Below are positions 14,553 to 27,437 of a DNA stretch of 64,000 bases, piece by piece; position 1 is the stretch's first letter, and each line of letters begins with the position of its first letter. Source of the stretch: Paraspadella gotoi (taxonomy: Eukaryota > Animalia > Chaetognatha); NCBI GenBank assembly GCA_051294375.1, contig JBJCIZ010000957.1, forward strand, positions 1 through 64,000, read 5' to 3'. The position numbers and the translations under genes are program-made. Under the pieces are notes generated by a model. That model searched no databases. It was not told the origin of the DNA and was given only the letters and a program-made list of their open reading frames with translations.

Positions 14553-15789
14553 CTTATGTACTAATAAAATCGTTGTTGCAAATAAACTCAAACTTATTTC
14601 TACTAATCCAAACACAACGAAAAGAAAGGAAATTTCGCTATGCCGAAATTGTCATAGAAAAAATTATAAGTTATCATAAATCAGATTATTAAAATTTTAT
14701 AAAATTTACATAAGATTTTGAAATATAAAAATGAAAACTTATAAAAATATTTTTGTAAGTTTATTTCTTAATTTTATATTTTATAAAAAGTTAGTTAACT
14801 ATATTTATTAATAACTATGAGTAAAAATTAAGTTAAAGTTAAAAAATTATAATTTAAAAATTGTATTCCTGGATTTGTATTTGTTACAAAAAGTTGATAT
14901 AAGAAAATATAATTTTTATTCCAAAATTATGTATTTAAGTTGGTCAAAATTCAGAAAACTATAATTTTAAGCCAAAAATTTAAAAATTATATAAAAAAAT
15001 GAATTTGTTAAAATGGATTATATTTTCTTATATCAAATTTTTATAAGGAATTCAAATCAGGTTTTAAAATTGTAAAATTTTAATTTTTTTCACTTTCACT
15101 CATTTTTATTATTATTTATTAATAGATATAGCTAACAAACAGTTAACAAAATATAAAATTTATAAATAAACTTACTGAAATATTTATATGGGTTTTTATT
15201 TTTATATTATGTAAACTAAATATAGCTTTTATAAAATTTTAATAATTTGAGTTTCTTACGTTTGTTGTATTTGAATAGTAACTTATATGCTGCAAAAATA
15301 GCCATTTTCGACAAAGAAGATGAAACTATACAAAAAAATGGTTATCAACATCAAATTCTACACTACCGACTTGATTACACTAAAATAGCTATGTACCTTA
15401 TTCGATTTGTTATATTTTTTTTTATTACCCTATCATTGAATGGGGCTACCCCTACCAACAGACCCCCATTTACTAGGCTAAACTCATTCGCACATTCACA
15501 CCAACTTGGATGCCCTTCAGAACCCACCTCAACCTAATTCTCAACTCATTTAAACCCCTCTTCCTTCAAACCTTTTTCTCCCCCCCCCAACGGGAACCCA
15601 ACGAGGAGGTCATCGGCAAAACCACAATATACCGAAAAAAATTAAAGTTAGTTTCTGAACAAAAAAAAAAAACCAAAAAATTAACTGATCAGCAGACGCA
15701 GTCCCTAAGAAAAAAAAAAAGGAATAAAAACCCGATGTTGCGATAGCAAAATGATAACATGTGGATAAGGCGCTAAGTGGGCAGAAGAT

Positions 15790-15988
15790 GACTATCAATA
15801 ACTTTTATAACCCCCTCTAGCAGACATGGAATGGGTCCTGGGATTGGAACCTGGCTTGAGGGTTTGCCACGCCCCCAAGGCGGCTTACGGCCATCCTCAC
15901 TCTTCCCGCAGGGTAGGTACCGGGTTGGGATTGAATCCGGTACCTAGTGGTTATGAGCTGATGGCTTTACTCAATGAGCCACCGGGTC
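15790..15988 (-). mobile_element. tRNA-derived SINE with twister-like 3' half
   Basis: Minus strand: A box TGGCTCATTGAG, anticodon-like CTCATAA, B box GGATTCAATCC; downstream TAA..GC-CTTGGGGG/CCCTCAAG-CCAGG TTCCAA.. CCAGG..GAGGG. Confidence 0.6.
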
Positions 15989-16619
15989 ACAACTGAAAAA
16001 GTCATGCTTATAGGCGGGGTGAACCTAGGCAATGCCCGACTACAAACATGCATGAATGCGATGCTTAATTTTACGAGTTCAATCCTTATTCAATTTTTTT
16101 TTTTAATAAAAACGCAGAGAGAGAGAGAGAGAGTGAGAGAGAAAAAAGAAAGAAATCAAAAGGCAGAAGCAGCGAGAGAAAAGAGAGAAAAAGAAAGATC
16201 CCCTGCAGAGCCAGCTGCAGACTCAAAAGGCAGCAGCAGAAGCAGCAGGAGAAAAGAGAGAAAAAAAATAAGCCCCTGCAGAGCCAGCTGCAGACTCCTT
16301 TTTTTCCCTATGATTATGAATCAGTGACTAGGGAAAAGAGAGAGGGAGAGAGACATGTAATTAAAAGAGAAAAGAGAGAGAGAAAGAAATATGAAAATAA
16401 AAGAGAGAAAATTTGTTTTGATAAAACGTAAACAAAACATATTTATTAACTGTCCAGACTCAATTTTAGGCACATCGATGATGAGAAACTGTATATAATT
16501 TTTCAACTTCATACACCCAAATTTAATCATAAAAAAGGCGATCTATAATTTGGAACGCCGACAACGCTGACAACGCCGACGACGATGATGACGACGCCAC
16601 TTCTGCACAAAAGCGTTAC

Positions 16620-16657
16620 AATATCGTCGCAAACGCTCAGCGATTGCGACGATAAAA
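16620..16657 (-). mobile_element. 5' hairpin terminus of HINE-like family B (second copy ~8700-8735)
   Basis: TATCGTCGCAA-acgctcagcg-ATTGCGACGATA hairpin next to (GAC)n tract; region 16100-16657 aligns by eye with 8080-8735. Confidence 0.5.
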
Positions 16658-16882
16658 AGTACTGTCAGTAATATTTTAATTAGCCTCCAATTTAGTAATT
16701 ATCTTTCTTACAAATTTTGTCTCTCTTAATTCTGTAAGTTCCAAAGTTTAATATTTCATAGATTCACAGGAACTCTGCGCCTATTTTGTAAACATTTTGT
16801 CTAAGTAGAATAAACAAAGGAAGAGAGACGAGAGGGAGGCCGAAATTTTAGTGCATTCTATTTTTAGATCTCAAAGGTTTAA

Positions 16883-17762
16883 GGGGACCCAGTGATAAAA
16901 ATGATATCATAAGCTTAAGGGTCTATCATCAAAGGAATTTGAATGGTGATAGTCATTAATTTTTCTTTGCACGGGAAAGTGGCAAAAAAATTCCTATCTC
17001 TTATTGTAGCGGAAACAAAAATTTAATAATTATGAAAAAAACATTTAGTTGACCCTACCTAAATATTTATATAATCCATTATTTTATTTTTGCATTAGAA
17101 AGTATTTTTTACTAAATTTTAAATTTTTCTTTTTTACTGTACAAAGCTATAATTTTAGGTTTAAGCCTCATTGAACAAAGGCTTTACAAGACTAATATTT
17201 TTTTATTTTTATATTTGCTTAAAAGCAGACAAATCAAACCTAAATTCTATTCTTACAGAAACAAAACTGTAATAATTATTAATTAATATTCATATTCATC
17301 CCTTAAATGTATTATTAAAGTATATTGATTTCTAATTGTAACAGTTAAAAATTTAGCAAAAGTACAGAATCTTTCTCTTCTTTTTATATTTATATTACTT
17401 CAAAGAGTTTTATTTTTATCCAATTAACAGAATCATTTTAAAAGAATGTTTAAATAAAATCAGTCGATACCTTAAATTTTGATTCATTCCTAGTTTTTTT
17501 TCTTATAAATTTTTGTTATAAAAGCTGAAAATCTTTTTAAAATTAGATCTTACCCTTTTTTGGAAAAAAAAATTTTAAACTTGAAAAAGATTTTCTTCTT
17601 ACCGATTTTTTAAAGAAAATTAAGCTCGCTGATTTTATCAAATTTTTTAACTACTTTCCCAAATGATTATAGAAAAAAAAATTATATGATCAGAACCAGC
17701 TTAAGTTAAAGGGTCAAACATTATGTTTTCAGCTTTTTACCCCCCCTGTTCACTTGGTCCCC
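16883..17762. mobile_element. Non-autonomous TIR element with TTAA target duplication (Kolobok-like)
   Basis: TTAA|GGGGACCCAGTGA ... TCACTTGGTCCCC|TTAA; no coding capacity. Confidence 0.75.
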
Positions 17763-17938
17763 TTAAGAACCGTTTTTATTTCTCCTGTAACTTTTAAGTA
17801 AAATGAACTCCTTCAATTTACAATCATTTCAGCTCTCGATTTAACATCTTTGAGGGCCACAGGTCACGTTACCGACAGTACCGCTTAATTGATTTAAATC
17901 GAGTCATAACTCTGCAGTCAGTTTACAAAAGAATTACG

Positions 17939-17973
<35 letters not shown>

Positions 17974-19067
17974 GTACGTATGTGCGTGGGTGAAAACTCG
18001 TCTGTCGATTTGCCGGTCCGAGTTCTGATTGGAAGGGCGGTTCTGACGTCCCTCTTTCGAAATTCGCTGAGTAAGTTGCAAGAAGCGTGAAAGGTTTGGA
18101 AGCAAAATCGTTGACAATGACGATGTAATCGATGTTATAGAGGGTAAGGCAGAAGCAGTAAAAGGAAACTTCGTTGAAGCGAGTTCTTACGCTACGACGC
18201 AAAGGTGAGGCCGAGACTTCGCTCTCGTATATATATTAGAGAGTAGTGAAAGTTATGTACAAAAATTTTAAAGTCAATTATGAACAACAAACCATCAGTG
18301 AACATTAATTGTATGAAATAATTTTATGTTTTTTAATTTTTTAAAATTTTTAAATCTATGCCCTTATAAAACCGTTTAAAAGAAAATATTATGGTCGCCA
18401 CAATATAAATGTTTTTAAAAATTCTTTCATTAAGTAGGTTAAAAATAAAAAAGCTATATTTAACATATTTAGAGAGTAATAATTGTTGAGTTAGTGACAG
18501 AACCGTTCAATACAGTGTGTCCCAATGGTACTGTCGGTTAACTTTTACATACTGTGCGGAGCTGTGTTATTAAATCTTATTTCTGAGATAACAATGTCAA
18601 AGATAAGTTCTTACCATTTATGATACATCGTCACAATTCTTCACCTTCTTCTTACTTTTATTATTACTATTTTTTGTCTTCTACTATACTATATTTTGAA
18701 TTCAATTTTTATCAATTTTTCTTTGATGAACATTCAATTTAAATGAGTCATAATTTCTTACCTTTTTAATTTTTAGCTAATTTTTTATTTTAAAATAAAA
18801 TTTATTAAAAAAATAAAATATAAAATATTTTAAATAGATGTAAATTATTTAAATTTAAATTTGTATGAAATAAATGCATTAATAAAAACAAATAAACAAA
18901 TATTAAAAAAATATAAAAATTGATAAAAATATACTAATTAATTTGATTTTTAAATTGTATTATTTGAAGTTGTGAGCGATTGAATCGTTAAGCCAGAACA
19001 AAATGGTTACTATTTATACAATAAATTATTATTAAATCAATTAAAAAAGTAATATAAACAAGGTAAG

Positions 19068-19296
19068 TAGTATGGTGGACTAAAATCCACCAACCGTTCA
19101 TCAGCAATTAGGCAATTAGTGCAAGAGGCAAGTCATTCGTCTCCCAACCCCAAAGCCCAGTGGCCGCCTAGCAGTTAAGAGGGACGGGGCGCTTAACCCG
19201 CCTGTAACATGGTGTTACAGCCTGATCCGAAGCTCAGGGATTGCTGATATTGAATGGTTCTGTCACTAACAAATAACAATTATCACTGTCTCTTCA
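19068..19296 (+). mobile_element. Solo LTR of the twister-LTR family
   Basis: Aligns end to end with 61635-61870, ends in CTCTTCA, approximate GTAG target duplication. Confidence 0.85.
19170..19245 (+). ncRNA. Twister ribozyme, P5-type permutation, core intact
   Basis: AGCAGT(P5) taaga GG(P2') GA CGG(T1) GGCGCT(P1) TAA CCC(P2) GC(T2) CTGTAAC-atggt-GTTACAG(P3) CCTGA(P4) T-CCG-AA-GC(L4) TCAGG(P4') g ATTGCT(P5). Predicted cut U19194/A19195. Confidence 0.75.
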
Positions 19297-20984
19297 GTAG
19301 ATAATTTTAAAAATAATTATTACTGTATTATAAAAGCTCTGGAGCTAAAAATAAAAGATTAAAAATTAAAGAAAAGATTGAAAACATTATTTTATAAATA
19401 TTAAAAAATATATAAATTAAGAATTTTTTTTAAAAAATTCACTAATTGCTTTCTACAGGAGTATCCTATAAAATGGTCCAGACTTGTACGAATAATCATT
19501 ATAATGAATTAAAGTTTCTCGATCTGGTATCGGAGTAGTAAGCTTATCTTAACAGACAGAACCATTGGGACACACTGTATAAGCAGTCCCTGAGCTTCGG
19601 ATCAGGCTGTAATAGCGTGTTAGAGGCGGGTTAATGAAAGAATTTTTAAAAAAGAGTTATGTTTCTTTATAATAGGGCTGTGCATCGTTCGAATCAAAGT
19701 TCCGATCAAGATTCATTTATATTTCACTTCTATTCAAAACTGCATAGTCAAGGCTCCAAAAAATTATATCAATATGGGCATATTTTGAAAGCTTGGCGTC
19801 TTGGGAAGCCAACGGAGGTAGAACGCGATCGAAATTCCCATTTTAACATGCCCAAAAATGGTATTTAAATTGACTGGTCAGGCCATTTTTTCCTTTTTAC
19901 CAAAAAGCCTGCTAGATCTTTTGTAAAATAGAACAAATCATACATATCAGTACGGTTTTGGATAGCTTATTGTCTTCTCTACAGAATAAAAAAAAGAAAA
20001 GTTTAAACTCTTGCAATCTTGAATGCTTGATAAAGCAATCAAATGAACTGGTTTTTTAGGTGAAAACTGCATAGTCAAGCCTTCATATTTTTTTTTGTTC
20101 TAAAACCATCGAAAGAAACTATATTGTTTTTACTATCTGTTTCAGGTAGAGCGCGGGGTTAAATTTTGTCTATTTATATTAAATTTCGTGCTAATAGAAA
20201 CAAAATTAGTTAAGCGCACGGTAATCCTTTTTTAAGCGCATTCCGGGGTGTGCCGAATAGTCGTCGAGACGTTGCTGATGACGTATTTGACTCTTAGAAA
20301 CCGATTGTTTACACTCGTCTCTAGGCAGATAGAAGTTTCACTTAGCCTGTTTTGATAAGAGAACGCGGAGCCGGCGGGGATGAAAATAAACAAAGTTGTA
20401 GTTGGTGATTCCGGTCAATGCTCACTTGCCTGATTAGTGAGTATTTAATGAAATGAACATTAAATTGATGATTTATTGAAATTACTTTACATTGTTAAGG
20501 TTTTGAACTCCACTACATTTACTTTCACAATACAATACTTGTACGTTCTAACACTGGCATTGTGACTTGAAAGACAGACATTTAAATTAGGTTCTCGAAA
20601 AATAGCCTATTTTACTTTATACGGGGCGTATTTAAAACTCTTGAAACAGGTTATCTAACAAGGACATCGCTCGAAAGAAAGGATTGATCATGCGCGATCC
20701 GGGCAAGATAAAAACGAAATTTAAACTTGGCTTTACGTTTTGCAACAGTTCCCAACGGTTGGCGGTCTGTTTTTAGTGGATATTCCTTGAGCCAGGGTTA
20801 AATTTTTCATTATCATACAATCATTATCATTTAATTATAATTTTAATAATATTAAATAAATAAATCATGGCATTTCCGGAGATTAATCGTTCTAGAGGTT
20901 TATGGAAAAATCTGTTTTTGCTGGATTTATAGTTAAATTTTAATAATATTGGACAAGGAAGAGCAAGTTAAAAAAATAGTATAC

Positions 20985-21620
20985 AAGTATGCATACTTTT
21001 TTCAAAGTATGCATTCTTTTTAAAAGTATTCATACTTTGAAAAAAGTATGCATACTTTTTTCCAACTTGCATACTTTTTAACAACTTGCATACTATTTTT
21101 TCCAAGTATGCATACTTTTTTCCAAGTGTGCATACTTTTTATAAAGTATGCATAATTTTTTTCAAGTTTGCATAATTTTTTCTAAGTATGCAAAATTGTT
21201 TCCAAGTATGCATACTTTTTTTAAAGTATGCAATTTTTTTATAGTATGCATACTTTTTTCAAAGTATGCATACTTTTTTCAAATTCCATACTTTTTCAAA
21301 TTGCATACTTTTTCAAATTGCATACTTTTTCAAATTGCATACTTTTTCAAATTGCATACTTTTTCAAATTGCATAATTTCTTCAAATTGCATAATTTCTT
21401 CAAATTATATACTTTTTTCAAATGACATATTTTTTTCAAATTGCATACCTCTTCAAATTGCATACTTTCCTCAAATTGCATACTTTTTCAAAATATGCAT
21501 ACTTTTTCAAATTGCATAGTTTTTTAAAATTGCATACTTTTTCAAATTGCATACTTTTTCAAATTGCATACCTCTTCAAATTGCATACTTTTTTCAAATT
21601 ACATATTTTTTTCAAATTGC
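20985..21620. repeat. ~18-bp minisatellite (CAAATTGCATACTTTTTT)n
   Basis: Dozens of tandem units; ends in a HINE 3' terminus abutting another tail to tail (21625-21700). Related arrays at 40620-41590 and 5170-5470. Confidence 0.9.
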
Positions 21621-21661
21621 TTAGTCAAACCCGATATTGTTTGCTCAATCTTGTTTATAAT

Positions 21662-22337
21662 AAAACAAGTTTGAGCAAACAATGTCGGATCTGCCTACGA
21701 TAATTAATTAATTAATTAATAGATTAATTAATTAATTATTTAATAGATTAATTAATTAATAATTTAATAGATTAATTAATGAATTAATTTTAATAATTAA
21801 TTATAATTTATATTCAGCTTGTCATCATCGATGTCCTTAAAATTGAGTCAGGACAGTTATTAAATGTTTTGTTTACATTTTATCAAAACAAACAAATATC
21901 CTCTATTATCGAGCCAGGCGGGCAAAGCCCGTCCTGGCTAGATTTTGATTCGGTTTAGCTTTCGGTCACGCTTTTTTGCAATCATGGCTTCTGAAAGTGT
22001 GATATCATAGGGTGTTATATATGGCTTCTAATCATCAAGATCTTTAAAATTCTCATGTTTCATATCAATATTCGTATTTGTTTATGTTTTATTTACAAAA
22101 CAAAAACGTTTTAATTATACGTCGCTCTCTCTCTCTTTCTTTTAAATATATGAAATTGGTACAACCAATATAAAAATTATCCATTCATTTAATAAATAAG
22201 CTATCTTGCCCCTGACTTTGGACAGGCTTTGGTGGTTTAAGGCCTCCATCTCTCTCTCTCTCTGTTTTTCTCCGTCACTGCTTCTTCTGATTTGTCTAAA
22301 AACGAGTTCCGGCTCTGCAGCGTCTGTCCAGCTTCTT

Positions 22338-22402
<65 letters not shown>

Positions 22403-22627
22403 AAAATTTTTAGATATGATGTGGGCTCACTAATGTAAAAAACGATACCGCGAACAGGGTGCGAACCCGGGTCCTTTGGGTAGAGAAGAGCTCACGCTAC
22501 GTCCAGCGCCATAGGTAAGGGGGGAGTAAAGGGGAGTAAAGGGGCTGTGGAGCTTCTCTCTCTCTCTCTCTCTCTTTTAATTATTATATATCGCTCTTTC
22601 TCTCTCTCTTTTTCTCTGCAGCGGCTG

Positions 22628-22664
<37 letters not shown>

Positions 22665-24157
22665 GTGTGTGTCTGTCCCTCTCTGTCCGATCTCTTGCGT
22701 GATTGTTTGTTTTTTTGAAAAATTCTGATTATTTTTTCCTTCTAAAAACTTTTTATTATTGCCATTATTCCGTACTTTTTTTCATACAAAATCCATATTT
22801 TCTATCCGAGATTTTCGTGAGATTTATTCTCTTTCTTTCTCTCTTTCTTTCTTTCTCTTCTCTCTTCTCTCTCTCATCTCTCCTATCTCTCTCTTCTCTT
22901 TCACTCATACAAGAATTTGTTTGTTTTATTGACTATCATCGGCATCAATGAATGACAATCATCGCATCAGTGAATGACTATTATCACAGCAGTGAAATGA
23001 CTATTCATCGCATCAATAATTGAATTATCATCGAATGCAATAATCAATTTCCTATTACATCAATAAATTACTATTACATCAATCAATTAGTATACCTCAA
23101 TCAATTACTATTACATCAATATTCGTTATCGTATCGTAAATGTGACTCATTTTTTTTTCATTAAACTCATTTCCAACTCGATACTTTCCACTGAAACTTT
23201 AAATCAAGCTTCGTCACACATATTCCTACCACACACAAAATTCAACTCAATAATCCATCCAATTATGATTATTAGATTATTTATTGGTTAAAATAAGTAA
23301 AAACGTTTTAGTAAAGCGACATATGTTTTTTCATTTTAAACTAATTTCCACTCACACGATTCCATCGAAACCTTTATTCCAGCTTTATCACACACTTTCC
23401 TACCCACACACAAAATTTAATTTTAATCCAACCAGCCAATCACGAGTTATTGGAGCTTTTTGCTAAGATGGACGGATGACGGATTGACTTGACTAATTAA
23501 TTAATTATTGATTAATTTATTTACTAATTGATTAATTAACTGATTAATTATTGATTTATTAATACATTGCCTATATATTTAATATAAAAGGAAAAAGAAG
23601 ATAATCAATTAGTAAAACAGCGTTTTTTGTTTTTTTCCATTTAAACTCATTTCCACTCAAACTATTCCATCGAAACTTGATTTCCTGTTGAATCACACAC
23701 TTTCCTACCACATACAAAACTTGCAGGTCAATCAGCCCATCCACTAATGAGCAATTGTGTTCAAATAGTTGATATATTTTTTTTGTTTTTTCCATTTAAC
23801 TCATTTCCACTCGGACATTCCATATCCGCTCAATCACACACTTTACCTATCCACACACAAAATTTCGCTTAAATCCATCCATCCAATCACGAGTAATTGG
23901 TGTTTTTGCTAAGGTGGGACGGAGGAGCTGAGCTGACCTGACGACGCTGACTGACTGACTGACTGACTGCACTGACTGACTGACTGACTGACGACAGCAG
24001 AACAGACGGACGGACGGACATTTTTTTTGCATAATTTATCATAATTCGATGTTCTGACATGATATAAGTTAGTGCCCGACAATATTGAGGGGGCGGACCG
24101 ACGGACCGACAAAGTGAATTATAGAGTCGGGATCTGCTGATAAGCAGATCCGACTAA
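21662..24157 (-). mobile_element. HINE family A, full-length composite copy
   Basis: 3' terminus at 21663, 5' hairpin AGTCGGGATCTGCTgataAGCAGATCCGACT at 24125-24155, (GACT/GACG)n tract; another hairpin-led insert begins at ~21905. Confidence 0.75.
22440..22514 (-). pseudogene. Degenerate tRNA-like sequence (SINE head or tRNA pseudogene)
   Basis: Minus strand TGGCGCTGGACGTAGCG ... GGGTTCGCACCC (A/B box-like) followed by a T run; cloverleaf incomplete. Confidence 0.35.
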
Positions 24158-25010
24158 AAAGCAGGATTCAGATATGACAAATTTTGGATATTAAACCATC
24201 ATCATCGTCATTAGTTTAATTAATTTTATTCATTGCATCAATTTACCATAATTATATTGCTATCATAACAAATTAATTATCATCAAATTAAAAATGATTC
24301 AAAAATGAAATATTAATCGTGAAGTAACGATAGTGAATTCTTAATCTCGAATTCCCGATCCTGAATTCCCGATCTTAAATTGAATTAGTTTAATAGTAGT
24401 TTTGCTGGGGAGATCAGTCACTATACTTTACATTTATTACTTCTTATCTTTTTCCTTTTTTAGTCTGTCATTATTATATTATTTTTGTGATTAATTTTGT
24501 TACAATTTCATTTTTTTCGGGCTTAGCTTATTCAATTTTCTCTTATGAGGCCTGGTTTGCGCATAATCGCTATTATCGGTTTAAAGCTTAGTATTGTATG
24601 CTTAGCTATGCGTAGTTCAAATCCTTTTTGGATCAAAACGAGTTCGATTTTAAGCGAAAGTTGATCGGTTTGAAGCGCGATTTTCATAACTTTTGAACGG
24701 ATTATCCGATTTTGATAAAATTTTGCATGTAGATAGTATTTTAAATTTCCTATTGATCGGTACCAAATCTATTTAAAAATACTCAATAGTTTAGAAACGA
24801 TGCTCATCCCCATTTATAATTATATCAACTTTTCATGACGAATCCAAATCTGCAAAAAAATCTTATAAAAACAAATTTTAACATTTTTATGTTTAGTACT
24901 GTAGGGGTACATAATATTTTATTAGCAGGTTAAATAACAGAAGGAAACGGAGAGACATTAAATGTACAAGATATTGAGATGAGACTCACTAGAGAAACGG
25001 GGCACCGGCT

Positions 25011-25123
<113 letters not shown>

Positions 25124-26254
25124 TCAGTAGCCAGCTTCCCTTGCGACCACCAAAAATAGTGGCCAGCTGGGGTCAACCCCGTGGCGACGAAACCGGTAGC
25201 CAGTTCCCTTGCGGACCACCAAAAAATAGGTGGCCGAGACTGGGGTCAACGGCCACGTGGCGACGAACACCCGTTCGGGCCCACATCCCCGCCCCCCGCG
25301 AAAAAAGTCAGAATGACTTTCTCTTTATGGTGGATCGCGTTGACTGTTGCGGGCGTAGGCTGAGTGTGACGACTTGGAAAAGTCTTGCGCGTATTTAAAT
25401 CTTGGAGGCGCTGCTGGCCGAGAATCATGCGAGCTGCACAACAGCGGACGTAGGGATCGTGGAGGCCGAGGTGACTTTAGAGGCACTGAAATGAAGTCAG
25501 CTTTGGTGCCATGGGAGGTTGGCGGATCTCGCCAAGGAAGTCGTGTGCCGGCCGCGGAGCTGCGGACCGGCAGGATGGCGGGCCGGCCGAGATGACGGAA
25601 CGGGGCGAGATGACAGAAACGGGCCGAGGATGGCGAGAAAATCCTGAGAGGGTGGATCTGCTGAGATTGCCGAGCCGGTCCGGAAAGGCGTTGGAGGCGG
25701 TTGGCACAACTCCAACGTCGCGACGGACGGCGCGTATAGATGCAATAGCCACGCCGATGTAGACGGTGAGGAGTCGTTGTCAGAGACGGAGCCGATAGCC
25801 GCGCTGCGCATTAAGGACATCGATAGCAGCCGTCATGGCGTCGGGGCGACATTTACTTCCCGTCAAAATTTGTGTCTGTGTTGCGGCGTCGACTGATGTT
25901 TCGTTTTCTGTTGTGCTTCGGCGTTGACCATGATTGTCTTCTGTCGCACAAAGCGGCGTCGCTGCACTTAATAGCACTGGTGAGAGTGGAGGCGTTTTTG
26001 TAAACAATGGAAATTAGTTGCCGGTAGAGCGTGGTGAACTGTTGTAAAAGCGTTAGTGGAGGTTGAGACTCTCTTGTATTTGACGGCGCGCAACCAGGAG
26101 GGGGTGCTTTCACAAGGGACGCGAGTGATGCTGGTGCAGGTACGAGAGGCGCCAAAATTCTTATTGATTTTTGCAAGATGACGTAATAAAAGTTATTCAT
26201 TTCTTCCTTTGAATTGAATGCAAAAACGAAGTTATAGTCCCAGCGTCGTCTATG

Positions 26255-26996
26255 TAGGAGTCTACGTCGTTCTAGAGATCGAGAAGACTTTTTCAATGGA
26301 GATTTTCTTTCAAATCTGACTACCAAACATATAAACGCTCCTGGTAAAAATTCTTGGTAAATATCGATGTAAAAACTTTGATTCTGATCCTGTTGCATCT
26401 GAAAAGCTTGCATTTTTTTTCTCTTTTCAAATCATCAACCTCTTGATATCAAACAAGCAAAAACAAATAGACTGCTTCTGGAACGGAAAAATTTCCATCT
26501 CTGATTTTATATAGAAATAAAAGGATTTTTTTCCTTGAAAACGATATAAACAGGTATGTTCCTGTTCAACAAAATGAGTCCAAATTTTTGGAATCCTTTT
26601 GGCAAAGGGTGTTGAAGGGCTCTCAAAATTTTTCCTTTATATTTTATTTGGTTATTTGATATGATACGATCATGTTAAAGTGAATTAGTCCATTTGGTAA
26701 ATTTTTATTTAAAGTAAAAGTAAAAGAAGAGCTAACCGATCGGATTCTAGAGTTTTCAACCGGGAGTCAGATTCAGGAAAAATCTTCTATGGCAAATCTT
26801 CGAAAGAAGGGGTAAATTTTTGTCCGAAGATTTGGTTAATATTTTCTATATTTATGGTCGGTTTTTTTTTAAACTTAATATTAACAATATTGCCATCATT
26901 CTACCTTGGCACGGTATAAGAATATATTAACNNNNNNNNNNNNNNNNNNNNNNNNNTAAAAAAACCTCAGGCTTTGTTCATCAGAGCTTAGTCCTA
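26255..26996. mobile_element. DNA-transposon-like insertion spanning the assembly gap
   Basis: Termini TAGGAG.../...GTCCTA, flanking direct repeat GTCTATG (26248-26254, 26997-27003); left end recurs at 63709-64000 and partly at ~13075-13160 (reverse). Confidence 0.65.
26932..26956. other. Assembly gap
   Basis: Run of 25 N. Confidence 1.
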
Positions 26997-27398
26997 GTCT
27001 ATGATTTTTATATCCGTCATTTGGGAAGTAAAGCTTAATTTTTTCGAGATTTCGACGTTACGCTCGCATTTTCCGTTACGTATCCCATCGCTGATGAAAT
27101 TAATGTATTTATTACCGGTAAAGCCTTTGACAATTCTTAGTAGACCGGTGAATAAGGCTTTATCGTTTCCCACTTTGGACAAAAGAATGCCGTCGACAAA
27201 GTGAACATGTGCCGCAAAAAGTTCAGTCATGTTTTCCTTTTTTGTTTCAGAAGGATTTCCACGTGTTCTCGTCGGGCTCACCAGTTATGTAGGGGTACAT
27301 AATATTTTATTAGCGGGTTAAATAACAGAAGGAAACGGAGAGACATTAAATGTACAAGATATTGAGATGAGACTAACTAGAGAAACGGGGCACCGGCT

Positions 27399-27437
<39 letters not shown>

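Larger units (their letters stand above)
18513..19577. mobile_element. Tc1/mariner-type MITE
   Basis: TA|CAGTGTGTCCCAATGGT ... ACCATTGGGACACACTG|TA terminal inverted repeats with TA duplication. Confidence 0.85.
18471..19634 (-). mobile_element. Partial LTR of the twister-LTR family, split by a MITE (pieces 18471-18512 and 19578-19634)
   Basis: Both pieces are reverse complements of contiguous parts of the LTR at 61635-61870. Confidence 0.8.
25853..27230 (-). pseudogene. Interrupted cargo ORF of the LTR element; N-terminal PH-fold-like (RanBD/EVH1-like) domain plus P/S/T-rich tail
   Basis: ATG 27230 MTELFAAHVHF...GLLRIVKGFTGNKYINF...NVEISKKLSF...IKIIDD joins DYNFVFAFNSKEEMNNFYYVI after removing insertion 26255-26996 and one 1-nt frameshift. 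Fold call is by pattern only. Confidence 0.4.

Noticed and set aside
19672-19720. hAT-like start TAGGGCTGTGCA
   Set aside because: Matching opposite terminus and TSD not found nearby.
20985-21620. CRISPR-like array or repeat-protein ORFs (also 40620-41590, 5170-5470)
   Set aside because: Head-to-tail minisatellite with no unique spacers and no cas genes; eukaryotic context.
25853-26413. 186-aa ORF as a standalone gene
   Set aside because: Chimeric: first ~53 codons come from the inserted element and that frame is closed in the copy at 63709-64000.
26960-26996. CTGATGA motif on minus strand near the gap
   Set aside because: No stem II or GAAA; part of transposon end.
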